A stretch of DNA of 64,000 nt from Caldilineaceae bacterium (GTDB taxonomy: Bacteria; Chloroflexota; Anaerolineae; Caldilineales; Caldilineaceae): assembly GCA_965204705.1 (NCBI GenBank), contig CBDBFE010000001.1:35827-99826 (forward strand). The letters run 5' to 3'. A program made the position numbers and the translations under genes. This document shows positions 1 through 9,766 of the stretch, one piece after another (position 1 is the stretch's first letter; the number at the start of each line of letters is the position of its first letter). Under the pieces are notes generated by a model. That model was not told the origin of the DNA. It saw nothing but the letters and a program-made list of their open reading frames with translations, and searched no databases.

Positions 1-595
1 CCATCACCAGCGCCCCGGCCGCCCTGCTGTCCGGGCGTACGCCCCTGCCGGCCGGCATCTTTTTCTTGGGCAGCCAGCGCACCCCTTCCGGGAGGGGTTC
101 GCCAGGCGGCCACAGCCCGCCCTTCGCCTTGCCGGCCAGCCAGCGGCTCACCGGGTGATGCGCCGGGGCCTGGCCGGTACTCACGGCCGCGGCAGCCCAC
201 AGCCTCGCCGCGTACGCCGCCGTGTCGCCGCCTGTGCGTCCCCGTGCGCTTTTGTGCGCAGTTTCTGGGCCCGGCATACCTGCACGCCCCTTTCTCTCTG
301 CCCTGCACCCCTGCGCGCCGTCTGTGATGCCTCTGTGGCTGGGCGCCCGCGCCTCCCAGGGAGGAAGCCCCGCCGCCTGTCGCAGATTGTCGCGGGCGCG
401 GTTGCGGCTTTCCGCGCTTTCATGGCAGCCCCGCGAAAAACAGCGAACGATCAGCTTGTCGGGGTCGTCGTCGGGAGAACGGAACGCGAGCCCGTCCGCG
501 GTGTCGCCGCCGTGACAGATCGCCGTTGACGTGCGCCACCAGCCGCCCGCGCGCTTCGCGCCGATCGCAGCTGCAATCGTGTCAGCTAAAGTCAT
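1..595 (-). CDS. Partial primase-like zinc-finger protein (C-terminal part runs off the left edge); paralog of ORF 59338..60429
   Basis: Not in the ORF track because it is open to position 1. Own translation from ATG (complement of 595..593): MTLADTIAAAIGAKRAGGWWRTSTAICHGGDTADGLAFRSPDDDPDKLIVRCFSRGCHES...GDTAAYAARLWAAAAV...HPVSRWLAGK...PEGVRWL. It has a comparable CxH-(n)-CF..C zinc-finger-like arrangement and the same DTAAYAAxLWAAA / HPVxRWLA / VRWL blocks as ORF 59338..60429. Confidence 0.55.
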   Translation of the reverse strand, partial: MTLADTIAAAIGAKRAGGWWRTSTAICHGGDTADGLAFRSPDDDPDKLIVRCFSRGCHESAESRNRARDNLRQAAGLPPWEARAPSHRGITDGAQGCRAERKGRAGMPGPETAHKSARGRTGGDTAAYAARLWAAAAVSTGQAPAHHPVSRWLAGKAKGGLWPPGEPLPEGVRWLPKKKMPAGRGVRPDSRAAGALVM

Positions 596-1641
596 GCGCC
601 CCCCGTTCACTCCGCAGAGGAGTGCCGGTGAGCGGATATTCACTTGTAGACATTCTGAGATCTCCTAAGCTGTGTAGACCGCTCGCCAAAGCGGTGACAA
701 TGCCCAATGCCCCGATTGTAGCACAGGTTTGCGGATCCATACAACGACAAAGCCCGCCGGGTAGGCGGGCCATGCGGCGTCTGTTGGCGGGCAGACACGG
801 TGGGCATTGCACCAGATGTGCGCTTAGGAAACACAACTGGAGTTTTCAGTCCGACGTGCTCATGATGGCACAGAAAGCCGATTTTCGCGCCTTTTCCGCA
901 CCCGCATCAGCTACGTCGTACTGACTGATAACATACACTACGGTGGTGCGTTTGTCAATAATTTACGCAAGTGAATTTGCGCATCAGGCCGCCGCCGCTG
1001 CAGGCCTGAACGACAAGTTCAGCGGGCACAAGAGACATCCGAACTGCGGGGAGCGCACGACCACCTGGCAACGAAAGAGGATGTGGCGAGGTCTACGTTG
1101 ACACGGATCAAACGGCTGATTGGCGTAGTGGCCGTGCCGACCGTGCTCGCTTTGATCAATATAATCATCCGGATCACAGGTTAAGTTATCACAGAGCACA
1201 CCCCGGTGTAAGTTCGGACGTACTTGGAGAGAATTGCGCCTGCGGGCGTGGATACGTTACGGCCGAACAGATCCCCGCTATCACGACCGATAAAATCCCT
1301 TCGCAGCAATCGCAGCCGTTTGGGACGAACCCAGGGTGGCCGGTGCCGTCGCCGAATTGGTCGGTTCTTGCGGCCCGTTTTGGCCCTTCATACCGATGTA
1401 GTACAGTGGAATAAGAAGCGGCCGGGCGGCGCTGGCACGCCCCCGGCCCGGCCCACGAGAGGGAGATTCATGGACGCCCCACAGCTTATCACCATCAACG
1501 GCACCCACAAATTCAGACCCTCCCGCGTCGCCGGCCCCGCACACGCGGAAATAGCACCGACCCCGGACACGCTGGCAGGGGCGCAAAGCACGCAAACATA
1601 CCGGCGGACAAGCGCCGGCTGCAGCGGCAAACTTCTATTTA

Positions 1642-2349
1642 GTGAATTTCGCACAACGTGAGGGGGTTCGGGAGCGCAGAATGGCGGAAGAAATCACCGC
1701 ACTATGGCAGGAAGCAGAGCAGCATCTGAGGGCCTTCGAGCAGTTGGCCCGGCGGACCGTCGAGGAAGCCTGGCTGGCTGGCGATGCGTTGCTCCGTATC
1801 AGGCAGCAGTTGCCGCACGGGGCTTGGCTGCCGGCGCTCAAAGAGCGCGGCATCGCCTACACGACCGCAAACCGCTTTATCCGGCTGCGCCAGCAATATT
1901 CCGAAATTAACCAAGTTGGTGAATTTGGCAGTGTGTCGGCGGCCCTGACCAGAGGACGGTCAGCCCGGCCCCGGAGGACGGCCAGTCCCTATCTGGTGAC
2001 CCTCGATGACCTGTGGGATTGGGAGCGGTGGGGGCCGTCGGCCATTGCCCGGCGGTTCATGGAGCCGGACGAAATCGATACCTTCGGTTCGGCCATCGAG
2101 GGCGCGGTCAGGCAGTACATCGAAGAAAGCGAGACCCGCGAGGAGTTGTTCCAGGCCCTGGTCTGGTTCCGGCTGGCCCTGTCGTGTCAGGTGGATTTCG
2201 GCCCCTACGAGAACGACCCTGGCGCCAGGGCCGAAACGGGCAGGCGGGATGCGGCATACCGGGACGAGGACTTCTATTGGGTCGGGGACCTGGAGGATTT
2301 CTTGCGCCTGACAGACACCCATGTGGCCAGACTCCCCCAAAATCCATAG
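1642..2349 (+). CDS. DUF3102-like helical protein (phage/plasmid-associated family); only intact copy of a sequence that recurs as decayed fragments
   Basis: ORF track 235 aa; probable start ATG 1681 (MAEEITALWQEAE). The N-terminal ~90 aa (AWLAGDALLRIRQQLPHGAWLPALKERGIAYTTANRFIRLRQQY) fits my recollection of DUF3102. The family call is from recall, not a search. Confidence 0.5.
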   Translation: MNFAQREGVRERRMAEEITALWQEAEQHLRAFEQLARRTVEEAWLAGDALLRIRQQLPHGAWLPALKERGIAYTTANRFIRLRQQYSEINQVGEFGSVSAALTRGRSARPRRTASPYLVTLDDLWDWERWGPSAIARRFMEPDEIDTFGSAIEGAVRQYIEESETREELFQALVWFRLALSCQVDFGPYENDPGARAETGRRDAAYRDEDFYWVGDLEDFLRLTDTHVARLPQNP

Positions 2350-2788
2350 GAACATCTTGTCCGGGTAGGCGGCTGCGATCACGCGGTGGGCCCGGCCGCT
2401 GAACATCTCGCGCATGGCTTGGTAGCAGCGCCGCTCCTGCATTGCCCGGACGTTGATCGCGTTGACGATTGCCTTGCGCTCGGATACTGTCCGCACTGCC
2501 TGAATCTCCCCATCTGACCGCTGCGCCGAGCGAAGGACGCCGAGCGAAGGACGCAGAGCTCGCCTACCGCAAAGAGCTGATCGAGCCCAGCAACAAGCGG
2601 TGCCCCGGCCCGCGAGGCGAGGGCTCATGGACACCCCACAAACTATCACGACCTAGCCGCCCACAAATTCAGACTCTCCCACGTCGCCGGCTCCGCACAC
2701 GCGAAGATAGGACCGACCCCAGGCGCGTCCGCAGGGGCGCACAGTGTCGATTGTGTCGAGATGGATGCGGTGGCGGCATCCTTATCGG

Positions 2789-2895
2789 TTAGTGAATTTT
2801 GCGCAACGTGAGGGGGTTCGGGAAATAGCCCAAACCGCTTTATCCGGCTCCGCCAGCACTGCTCGCAAATTAACCAAGTTGGTGAATTTGGCACT
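2789..2895 (+). repeat. Internally deleted copy of the DUF3102-gene element
   Basis: TTAGTGAATTTTGCGCAACGTGAGGGGGTTCGGGA is joined directly to CAAACCGCTTTATCCGG...AAATTAACCAAGTTGGTGAATTTGGCAC. Compare 1641-1680 and 1868-1935. The ~190 bp upstream (2630-2788) also matches 1465-1640. Confidence 0.7.
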
Positions 2896-2967
2896 GTGCC
2901 GGCGCCCAGTCCCTAATGGTGAGCGCCAATTTCTGGGAATTATATACGAAAGTGGGGGTTATATACT

Positions 2968-3219
2968 TTAGGTCTTGTTGACAATTGGAGCAGGCCTCTT
3001 AAGAGCTGACAAATGCAAGCCCGCAGCTACCTCGCGCGACAGAAAAAGTGATTTCCCTAACCGTCCGCGGACCGGAAAGATCTTTTTCGCGTCCCTTCGC
3101 GCCTCTTCGCGGATCAAGAGCCGTTCTCCGCGCCCCTCCGTGTCCTCCGCGGACAAAAACGGTGTTCTCCGTGCCCTCCGTGGATCAAAAGCGGTTAGAA
3201 GTTCTCCGCGCCCCTCCGT
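2968..3219 (+). mobile_element. TIR-element family C, copy C1 (left end, core and short repeat payload), interrupted by MITE-A at 3220
   Basis: Left end TTAGGTCTTGTTGACAATTGG, then core CTTAAGAGCTGACAAATGCAAGCCCGCAGCTACC, then TTCGCG/CTCCGCGG-GA(T/C)CAAAA modules. The payload sequence stops abruptly where MITE-A begins. Confidence 0.6.
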
Positions 3220-3437
3220 CAGGGCGATTGCATCTAATTGGGTCACAAGACCCCGCGACACGACCTGATTCGAGCCAAACGCCTGAATAAGACGCCGAGA
3301 ACAGTGCAAATCATCAGGTTTTCGGCGACCGGAGATCGGCTTTTTTGGCCGAAAACGATTGACTATTGGTAGGGGCGCCCCTTGTGGGTGCCCTTCGTGG
3401 GATATTTTGGCGCCCGGATTTAGATGCGATTGCCCTG
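3220..3437 (+). mobile_element. MITE-A copy 1 (218 bp, non-coding)
   Basis: Starts CAGGGCGATTGCATCTAA and ends TTAGATGCGATTGCCCTG (18-bp terminal inverted repeat, 2 mismatches). Internal hairpin GTTTTCGGC-(20 nt)-GCCGAAAAC. No credible ORF. Confidence 0.7.
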
Positions 3438-3592
3438 CTACCTTGGCTGCCAGAGTATATAAACCCCACATAAGCGGTGTATACTGCCAGACAAAGGGTT
3501 TGAAATAACCCGGCGATTCGTGTCCCCGTTGTGAATGTATCCTGATGGCGGAAAGGCGCTGCCGGCCGGAATGCAAGAGCTCGCGTCAATGA

Positions 3593-6500
3593 ATGCAGGA
3601 AGGGACCCCTATGAAATACAGAGCGCCTGTGCTGACCGCGAAACCCCTGGACATCTTTGTTCTGGTCGCAATACTCGCGGCGCTGGCTCCATCCTCCCCC
3701 CGCACAGATAGTGTAGCGCATGCACAGACAGACGCCTCGGCAGTTCCCGACGCGCCGGCGCCGACTGTGGCGTCCACTGGAGAGACAACGGTCGAGCTCA
3801 GTTGGATGCCGGTCTCCGGCGCTGCCAGCTACGAGCTCTGGGTGTGGGACAATGTCAACGACTGGCAACGTCTTGACGACGGCAACTTGACGTCCACCTC
3901 CTACACCCACGAGGGACTGACCGCCGGGAGGACCTACTACTATGCCATCCGTGCCGTAAATGCCGCCGGCCGGGCAGGCGCATGGTCGGAATACCTGCCC
4001 GTAACCACGCCCGCGAGTGCGCCGCAGGCGCAAGATACACCGACGCCCACGCCGACAGCCGCTCAGCCGCCCACTTCTACAACCACACCGACGCCCGCGC
4101 CCGCGCCGCTTCCAGGACCGGAGCTGTCCGCACGGACGACAGAGAACGGCGTGGAACTGAGTTGGGCCGCGGTGCCGGGCGCAGAGCGCTACGAGCTCTG
4201 GACGTGGTGGGCAAGCGATACCGGCTGGCAGCGTCTTGACGACGGCAGCCTGACCGCCACCACCTATACCCACGAGGGACTTGCCGCCGGAAGGACCTAC
4301 CACTACGCGATCCGCGCCGTGGACGCCAGCGGTGTGCCGGGCGCATGGTCGGCGTTCGTGTCCGCGACCGCACCCGAGTCCTCGCAGCCCTTGGGGGCGC
4401 CGGCGCTGACGGCTGTGACCACGCTGACGACAACGGTCGAGCTCAGTTGGACGCCGGTCTCCGGTTCGGCCAGGTACGAGCTTTGGGTATGGTGGGACAG
4501 CGACCCCGGCTGGCAACGTCTGGATGACGGCAGCCTGACAGGCGCCTCCTACACCCACGAAGGACTGACCGCCGGAAGAAGCTACTACTACGCCGTCTGC
4601 ACCGTGGACGGCGGCGGCAACCGGGGCGCGTGCTCGGAGAACGTGTCCGCGACCGTGCCCGAATCCCCGGCAGTTCCGGTCGCGAACGAGCAGAGAGCCG
4701 CGCTGGTCGCCCTCTACCACGCGACCGGCGGCGCCAACTGGACGCAGAATGATAACTGGCTGAGCCAGCAGCCGCTCGCTGCCTGGCACGGCGTCGTCAC
4801 CGACGCTAAAGGACACGTGACCGAACTGCGCCTCGCAAATACAGGGTTGAGCGGGCCAATTCCGGATTTGAGCGCGCTGACCAGCCTCACGACGCTGTCC
4901 CTTGAGTCCAACCAGTTGCGCGGGCCAATCCCGGACCTGAGCGCCCTCACCGGCCTGATCTGGCTGGACCTCGGCGGCAACCAGTTGAGCGGCCCGATTC
5001 CGGATCTGAACGCACTGACCGGCCTCGCGAGGCTGTCCCTGGGCGACAATGGGTTGAGCGGACCGATTCCGGATCTGAGTGCCCTCACCAGCCTGACGAG
5101 GCTGTCCCTTGAGGCCAACCAGCTGGGCGGGCCAATTCCGGATCTGAGCGCCCTCACCAACCTGGCGGAGCTGGTCCTCACCGGCAACCAGTTGAGCGGG
5201 TCGATTCCGGATCTGAGCGCCCTCACCAACCTGACCAAGTTGCGCCTTAACGCTAACCGGCTGAGCGGGCCGATTCCGGACCTGGGCGCCCTCTCCAACC
5301 TGACCTACCTGAGCCTCGGCTTCAACCGGTTGAGCGGGCCGATTCCGGACCTGAGCGCCCTCACCAACCTGACAAAATTGCGCATCTGGCACAACGGGTT
5401 GAGCGGGCCGATTCCGGATCTGAGCGCCCTCACCAACCTGGAGGCGCTGGTCCTCACCGGCAACCATCTGAGCGGGCCGATTCCGGACCTGGGCGCCCTC
5501 ACCAACCTGACCAGGCTGGATCTCGGCTACAACGAGTTGACCGGGCCGATTCCGGACCTGGGCGCCCTCAGCAACTTGACGGAGCTGAACCTCACCCACA
5601 ACCAGCTGAGCGGTCCGATTCCGGACCTGGGCGCCCTCAGCAACTTGACGGAGCTGAACCTCACCCACAACCAGCTGAGCGGTCCGATTCCGGATCTGGG
5701 CGCCCTCACCAACCTGACGAAGCTGGACCTCAGCGACAACCGGTTGAGCGGTCCGATTCCGGACCTGGGCGCCCTCAGCAACCTGACAGAGTTGAACCTT
5801 GGCGTCAACGTGTTGAACGGGCCGGTTCCGGACCTGGGCGCCCTCACCAGCCTGGCCTCCCTGAACCTCTACGACAACCGGTTGAGCGGGCCGATTCCGG
5901 ATCTGAGCGCCCTCACCAACCTGACAGGGTTGTACCTGAATGTCAACGGGTTGAGCGGGTCGATTCCGGACCTGGGCGCCCTCACCAACCTGGCCGAGAT
6001 GACTCTCAGCGCCAACCGGCTGAGCGGCCCAATCCCCGATCTGAGCGCACTGGTCAATCTGACGTGGCTGTCTCTCGGTCACAACCGGCTGAGCGGGTCG
6101 ATTCCCGATCTGAGCGCACTGGTCAATCTGACGGGGCTGCACCTCAATAACAACCGGTTGAGCGGGTCGATTCCCGACCTGAGCGCTCTCATTAACCTGG
6201 CGAGCCTGTCCTTCGCAGGAAATCAGCTGTGCCTGCCTGAAGGCACGGACCTGTCCGGCCTGAGTGAGGCTGCGGCCTCTCACCTGCGGGGCCTGAATCT
6301 GCCATCCTGCGCGGGCGGACTGCCCCCGGTGACGCCGCAGACGCCGCAGACCCCACAGAACCCGGCCGCACCGGAGGAAAGAGCGGCGCTGATCGCACTC
6401 TACCGGGCAACCGACGGCGCCAACTGGGCGCGCAGCGAGAACTGGCTGAGCGATGCGCCGGTCGCTGCCTGGTACGGTGTTTTCACCGACGAAAGGGGTC

Positions 6501-7663
6501 GCGTAACCGGACTGGACCTCTCAACTAACCTGCTGCGCGGGCCGCTCCCGGATCTGAGTGCCCTTGCCAACCTGAAAGCGCTGGACCTCTCACGCAACGG
6601 GTTGAGCGGGCCGGTCCCGGACCTGGGGGCTCTCACCAACCTGACGAGGCTGGACCTCTCAGCTAACTTGCTGCGCGGACCGATCTCCGATCTGAGCGCC
6701 CTTGCCAACCTGAGAGAGCTGGACCTCGGCCACAACCGGTTGCGCGGGTCGATTCCAAATCTGAACGCCCTCACCAGCCTGACAAGGCTGGACCTGGGTG
6801 ACAACAGGTTGAGCGGACCGGTCCCGGAGCTGAGCGCTCTCACCAACCTGACGGAACTGCAACTCGGCTACAACCGGTTGAGCGGGCCGATCCCGGAGTT
6901 GGGGACTCTCACCAGCCTGACGAAGCTGGACCTCGGCTCTAACCGCTTGAGCGGGCCGGTCCCGGATCTGAGCGCTCTAACCGGCCTGACGGAGCTGGTC
7001 CTTCAGTTCAATCAGTTGAGCGGGCCGATTCCGGAGTTGGGGACTCTCACCAGCCTGACGTGGCTGAACCTCACAGCCAATCAGTTGAGCGGGCCGATTC
7101 CTGATTTGAGCGCCCTCACCAGCCTGCGCTATTTGTCCCTCGGCGACAACCTGTTGAGCGGATCGATTCCTGATTTGAGCGCCCTCATGAATCTGGTGGA
7201 TCTGTCCCTCGGTCACAACCAGTTGAGCGGGCCGCTTCCGGACTTGGGCGCCCTCATCAGCCTGACTTACCTGTACCTCGCCTCCAACCAGCTGAGCGGG
7301 CCGGTGCCGGATCTGGACGCCCTCACCAACCTGACCAGCCTCGACCTCTCATCCAATCAGCTGAGCGGGCCGGTGCCCGATCTGGATGCCCTCACCAACC
7401 TGACGAGCCTGCACCTCGGCTACAACCGGTTGAGTGGGTCGATTCCGGTCCTGGGCGCCCTCGCCAATCTGTCCTGGCTCTCCCTCAATCACAACCAGTT
7501 GAGCGGGCCGGTCCCGGACCTGGGCGCCCTCACCAATCTGACATACCTGGACCTCAGAGGCAATCTGTTGTGCCTGCCCGAAGGAGCGGTGTTGTCCGGT
7601 CTTAATCAAGCTGTGACCGCCCATCTGCATAGTCTTAATCTTCCGGCCTGTACGGAACGCTGA
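3593..7663 (+). CDS. Very large secreted FN3 + leucine-rich-repeat (LRR) surface protein
   Basis: ORF track 1356 aa; likely start ATG 3611 (MKYRAPV, GAAGGGA upstream). Hydrophobic signal-like N-terminus. Three FN3-like modules (VELSW.PV.GA..YELWVW...[11 protein letters not shown]). Two blocks (roughly 20 and 15 units) of 23-aa repeats L..L.L..N.LSGPIPDL.ALTN, each preceded by an ERAAL(V/I)ALY.AT.G.NW cap. Confidence 0.85.
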   Translation: MQEGTPMKYRAPVLTAKPLDIFVLVAILAALAPSSPRTDSVAHAQTDASAVPDAPAPTVASTGETTVELSWMPVSGAASYELWVWDNVNDWQRLDDGNLTSTSYTHEGLTAGRTYYYAIRAVNAAGRAGAWSEYLPVTTPASAPQAQDTPTPTPTAAQPPTSTTTPTPAPAPLPGPELSARTTENGVELSWAAVPGAERYELWTWWASDTGWQRLDDGSLTATTYTHEGLAAGRTYHYAIRAVDASGVPGAWSAFVSATAPESSQPLGAPALTAVTTLTTTVELSWTPVSGSARYELWVWWDSDPGWQRLDDGSLTGASYTHEGLTAGRSYYYAVCTVDGGGNRGACSENVSATVPESPAVPVANEQRAALVALYHATGGANWTQNDNWLSQQPLAAWHGVVTDAKGHVTELRLANTGLSGPIPDLSALTSLTTLSLESNQLRGPIPDLSALTGLIWLDLGGNQLSGPIPDLNALTGLARLSLGDNGLSGPIPDLSALTSLTRLSLEANQLGGPIPDLSALTNLAELVLTGNQLSGSIPDLSALTNLTKLRLNANRLSGPIPDLGALSNLTYLSLGFNRLSGPIPDLSALTNLTKLRIWHNGLSGPIPDLSALTNLEALVLTGNHLSGPIPDLGALTNLTRLDLGYNELTGPIPDLGALSNLTELNLTHNQLSGPIPDLGALSNLTELNLTHNQLSGPIPDLGALTNLTKLDLSDNRLSGPIPDLGALSNLTELNLGVNVLNGPVPDLGALTSLASLNLYDNRLSGPIPDLSALTNLTGLYLNVNGLSGSIPDLGALTNLAEMTLSANRLSGPIPDLSALVNLTWLSLGHNRLSGSIPDLSALVNLTGLHLNNNRLSGSIPDLSALINLASLSFAGNQLCLPEGTDLSGLSEAAASHLRGLNLPSCAGGLPPVTPQTPQTPQNPAAPEERAALIALYRATDGANWARSENWLSDAPVAAWYGVFTDERGRVTGLDLSTNLLRGPLPDLSALANLKALDLSRNGLSGPVPDLGALTNLTRLDLSANLLRGPISDLSALANLRELDLGHNRLRGSIPNLNALTSLTRLDLGDNRLSGPVPELSALTNLTELQLGYNRLSGPIPELGTLTSLTKLDLGSNRLSGPVPDLSALTGLTELVLQFNQLSGPIPELGTLTSLTWLNLTANQLSGPIPDLSALTSLRYLSLGDNLLSGSIPDLSALMNLVDLSLGHNQLSGPLPDLGALISLTYLYLASNQLSGPVPDLDALTNLTSLDLSSNQLSGPVPDLDALTNLTSLHLGYNRLSGSIPVLGALANLSWLSLNHNQLSGPVPDLGALTNLTYLDLRGNLLCLPEGAVLSGLNQAVTAHLHSLNLPACTER

Positions 7664-7857
7664 ATATGCGGCGGCGCCGGACCTGCCGCGGACGTGACGC
7701 CGACCATCGGTAAAAGAGAACGTCCTGCGCAGGACAGGCGCGCTTCACGCGTTCCAAAGGTCTTACAGAATCCGGGCGTAATGCAGGAGGCCCCCGCTGC
7801 CAGCGACGGCAACGGGGGCCTCCTGGTATGCGCACCCGATTTGGCGGCAGGAGATGG

Positions 7858-8004
7858 CAGGGCAATCGCCTCTGAATCCGGACGCCAGGACATCCCGCCA
7901 AGGGCGCCCCTGCTGTTTGCACTGTTTTCGGCGGTTCTTTCGGAGTTGGGCTCGAATCAGCTGGCGTCGCGGGGCCTTGGCCCAATTAGATGCAATCTCC
8001 CCGG
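7858..8004 (-). mobile_element. MITE-A copy, reverse orientation, central part deleted (147 bp)
   Basis: CAGGGCAATCGCCTCTGAATCCGGACGCC...CCCAATTAGATGCAATCTCCCC. Both ends align with the reverse complement of 3220..3437, and the hairpin segment is missing. Confidence 0.6.
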
Positions 8005-8229
8005 GGCTTCACAACCAAAGTTTTTGTGGAAACTGACGGGGCAGAAAGTCACATTCTTTATGAGGGCGGACCGTTCAAGACTGTAGAGCAAGCGCAGAAG
8101 TGGTGCGATGACAAATGGAACGCCCCCCGGAATCTGTCTGTGCGGCTACGGTATGCCCAGCTCGTCAACTTGTGGGAGATAAATCAATCGATTGGGGAAC
8201 TGCTGGAACTGACTGAGGCGCGCTGGTAG
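7990..8229 (+). CDS. Hypothetical small protein
   Basis: ORF track 79 aa (…ETDGAESHILYEGGPFKTVEQAQKWCDDKWN…), with non-repetitive protein-like composition. Its annotated start lies inside a MITE-A copy, so the true start is uncertain. Confidence 0.3.
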   Translation: MQSPRGFTTKVFVETDGAESHILYEGGPFKTVEQAQKWCDDKWNAPRNLSVRLRYAQLVNLWEINQSIGELLELTEARW

Positions 8230-8255
8230 TGTTGGGGACCCCTGCGGAATTTCGT

Positions 8256-8345
8256 TCGAAAACAGTGCAAACTATTGTAGGGGCGCCCCTTGTGGGTGCC
8301 CTTCGTGGGATATATTGGCGTCCGGATTTAGATGCGATTGCCCTG
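8256..8345 (+). mobile_element. MITE-A right-half fragment
   Basis: CGAAAACAGTGCAAACTATTGTAGGGGCGCCCCTTGTGGGTGCCCTTCGTGGGATATATTGGCGTCCGGATTTAGATGCGATTGCCCTG matches the right half of 8627..8864. Confidence 0.6.
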
Positions 8346-8349
8346 CATA

Positions 8350-8612
8350 TACCCCACTTTCAGGCCCTGTTCGATCCCTTCAATCAAGATCGTTTCTTAG
8401 CCGCAGGACGACACCTGGCAGCCGGCACGCCAAGAGCGGGCCATCGCCTGCACGGCCGCAGACCGCTTTATCCGGCCGCGCCAGCACTGCCCGCAAATTA
8501 ACCAACTTGGTGAATTTGGCACTATGCCGGCGGCCCTGACCGGAGGGAGGCCGGCCTCTATCTGGTGACCCTCGATGACCTGTGGGATTGGGAGCGGTGG
8601 GGTACGTGCTTG
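8350..8612 (+). pseudogene. Decayed DUF3102-gene copy
   Basis: Similarity by eye to 1830-2040 (…GACCGCTTTATCCGGCCGCGCCAGCA…AAATTAACCAACTTGGTGAATTTGGCAC…CTATCTGGTGACCCTCGATGACCTGTGGGATTGGGAGCGGTGGGG). The reading frame is broken across several track ORFs. Confidence 0.65.
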
Positions 8613-8626
8613 CTGCCTTTGCCGGT

Positions 8627-8864
8627 CAGGGCGATTGCATCTAATTGGGTCAAGACCCCACAGCACTACCTGATTCGAGCCAAACTCCTGAATAAGACGC
8701 CGAGAACAGTGCAAGTCATCGTGCGCGATCGCAAACTCTTAAGGTTTTCGGCGACCGGAGATCGGCTTTTTTGGCCGAAAACAGTGCAAACTATTGTAGG
8801 GGCGCCCCTTGTGGGTGCCCTTCGTGGGATATTTTGGCGCCCGGATTTAGATGCGATTGCCCTG
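8627..8864 (+). mobile_element. MITE-A copy 2 (238 bp)
   Basis: Same TIRs as copy 1 (CAGGGCGATTGCATCTAA ... TTAGATGCGATTGCCCTG) and the same central hairpin. Confidence 0.7.
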
Positions 8865-9394
8865 CTTTGCCGGCGCCGTGCGCTTGTCTGCGCTCACTGT
8901 GTCCCTCCCTGTTTGGCGCGTAGATTGTCCATCACTTGCCCCGCAATCTTTCTGTTCGGTTTGGCCGGCGCCGTGGACGCTTCCGCCGCTTGCATGGCCG
9001 CGGCCGCCGTTGGATAGTTCCTGCCCCGCCCTGTCTCTTTCCCTTGCAGCGTGCGTACAACGAAAGCCCACAGGCCGGAACGCGCCAGCGACACAACCGC
9101 CGCCCGCGTGCGATTGGCAAGCTCGCTGTTGATATAGTCCCCGCGCCGCGTCAATTTCCATCCCCGCATTGTTCCCCCCTCATGCTTGCCGGCGCGGGCC
9201 GGTTGCCGCGCCGGCGCTGTCTCAGCCTTCGGGCTGTCTCACACAAACGCCCGCGTCCTCACGACCTATGCCGACCATCCTCGGTCCGGCTTTACTTTTC
9301 CCTTTGCAGGCTGCGTACAACGAACGCCACAGGCCGGAACGCGCCAACGACACAACCGCCGCCCGCGTCCGGTTATGGTACGATAAAGACTATG

Positions 9395-9700
9395 AGCGAG
9401 GCAACTATCCGGCAAATACCTGGCCTTCAGGCCCCGTTCGATTCCTTCAATCAAGATTGGTTCCTGGTCACAGGACGACACTTGGCTGCCGGACCTGAAA
9501 GACGATAAAGGGACGGTCGAGGAAGCCTGTCCGGCGAGTGATATGTTGCTCCGGACCAGGCAGCAGCTACCACACGGGGAATGGCTGCCGGCACGCCAAG
9601 AGCGGGGCATCGCCTGCACGACCGCAAACCGCTTTATCCTACTGCGCCAGCAGTACTCGCAAATTAACCAAGTTGGTGAATTTGGCACTGTGTCGGCGGC
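9395..9700 (+). pseudogene. Decayed DUF3102-gene copy with associated upstream block
   Basis: GGTCGAGGAAGCCTG…TGTTGCTCCGGACCAGGCAGCAGC…CAAACCGCTTTATCCTACTGCGCCAGCAGTACTCGCAAATTAACCAAGTTGGTGAATTTGGCAC. It is frameshifted relative to 1681..2349. The upstream block (CCTTCAGGCCCCGTTCGATTCCTTCAATCAAGAT) is shared with 8350 and 14160. Confidence 0.65.
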
Positions 9701-9766
9701 CAGTCCCTTATGGTGAGCCCCAATCTTTGGCCCACGAAAAGGGGAATATGAGGATTAGACAATTCT

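Noticed and set aside
1960-2649. 229-aa minus-strand ORF overlapping the DUF3102 gene
   Set aside because: Most of it is antisense to 1642..2349. Only about 2340-2520 reads like real protein (…AVRTVSERKAIVNAINVRAMQERRCYQAMREMFSGRAH…), which may be a relic of another gene. I could not assign it, so it is not listed as a feature.
3314-6283. 989-aa minus-strand ORF
   Set aside because: It is antisense to the FN3/LRR gene. Its sequence is a monotonous mirror of the LRR periodicity (…GEGAQ(V/I)RNRPAQ…), has no start context, and is typical of open antisense frames in high-GC repetitive genes.
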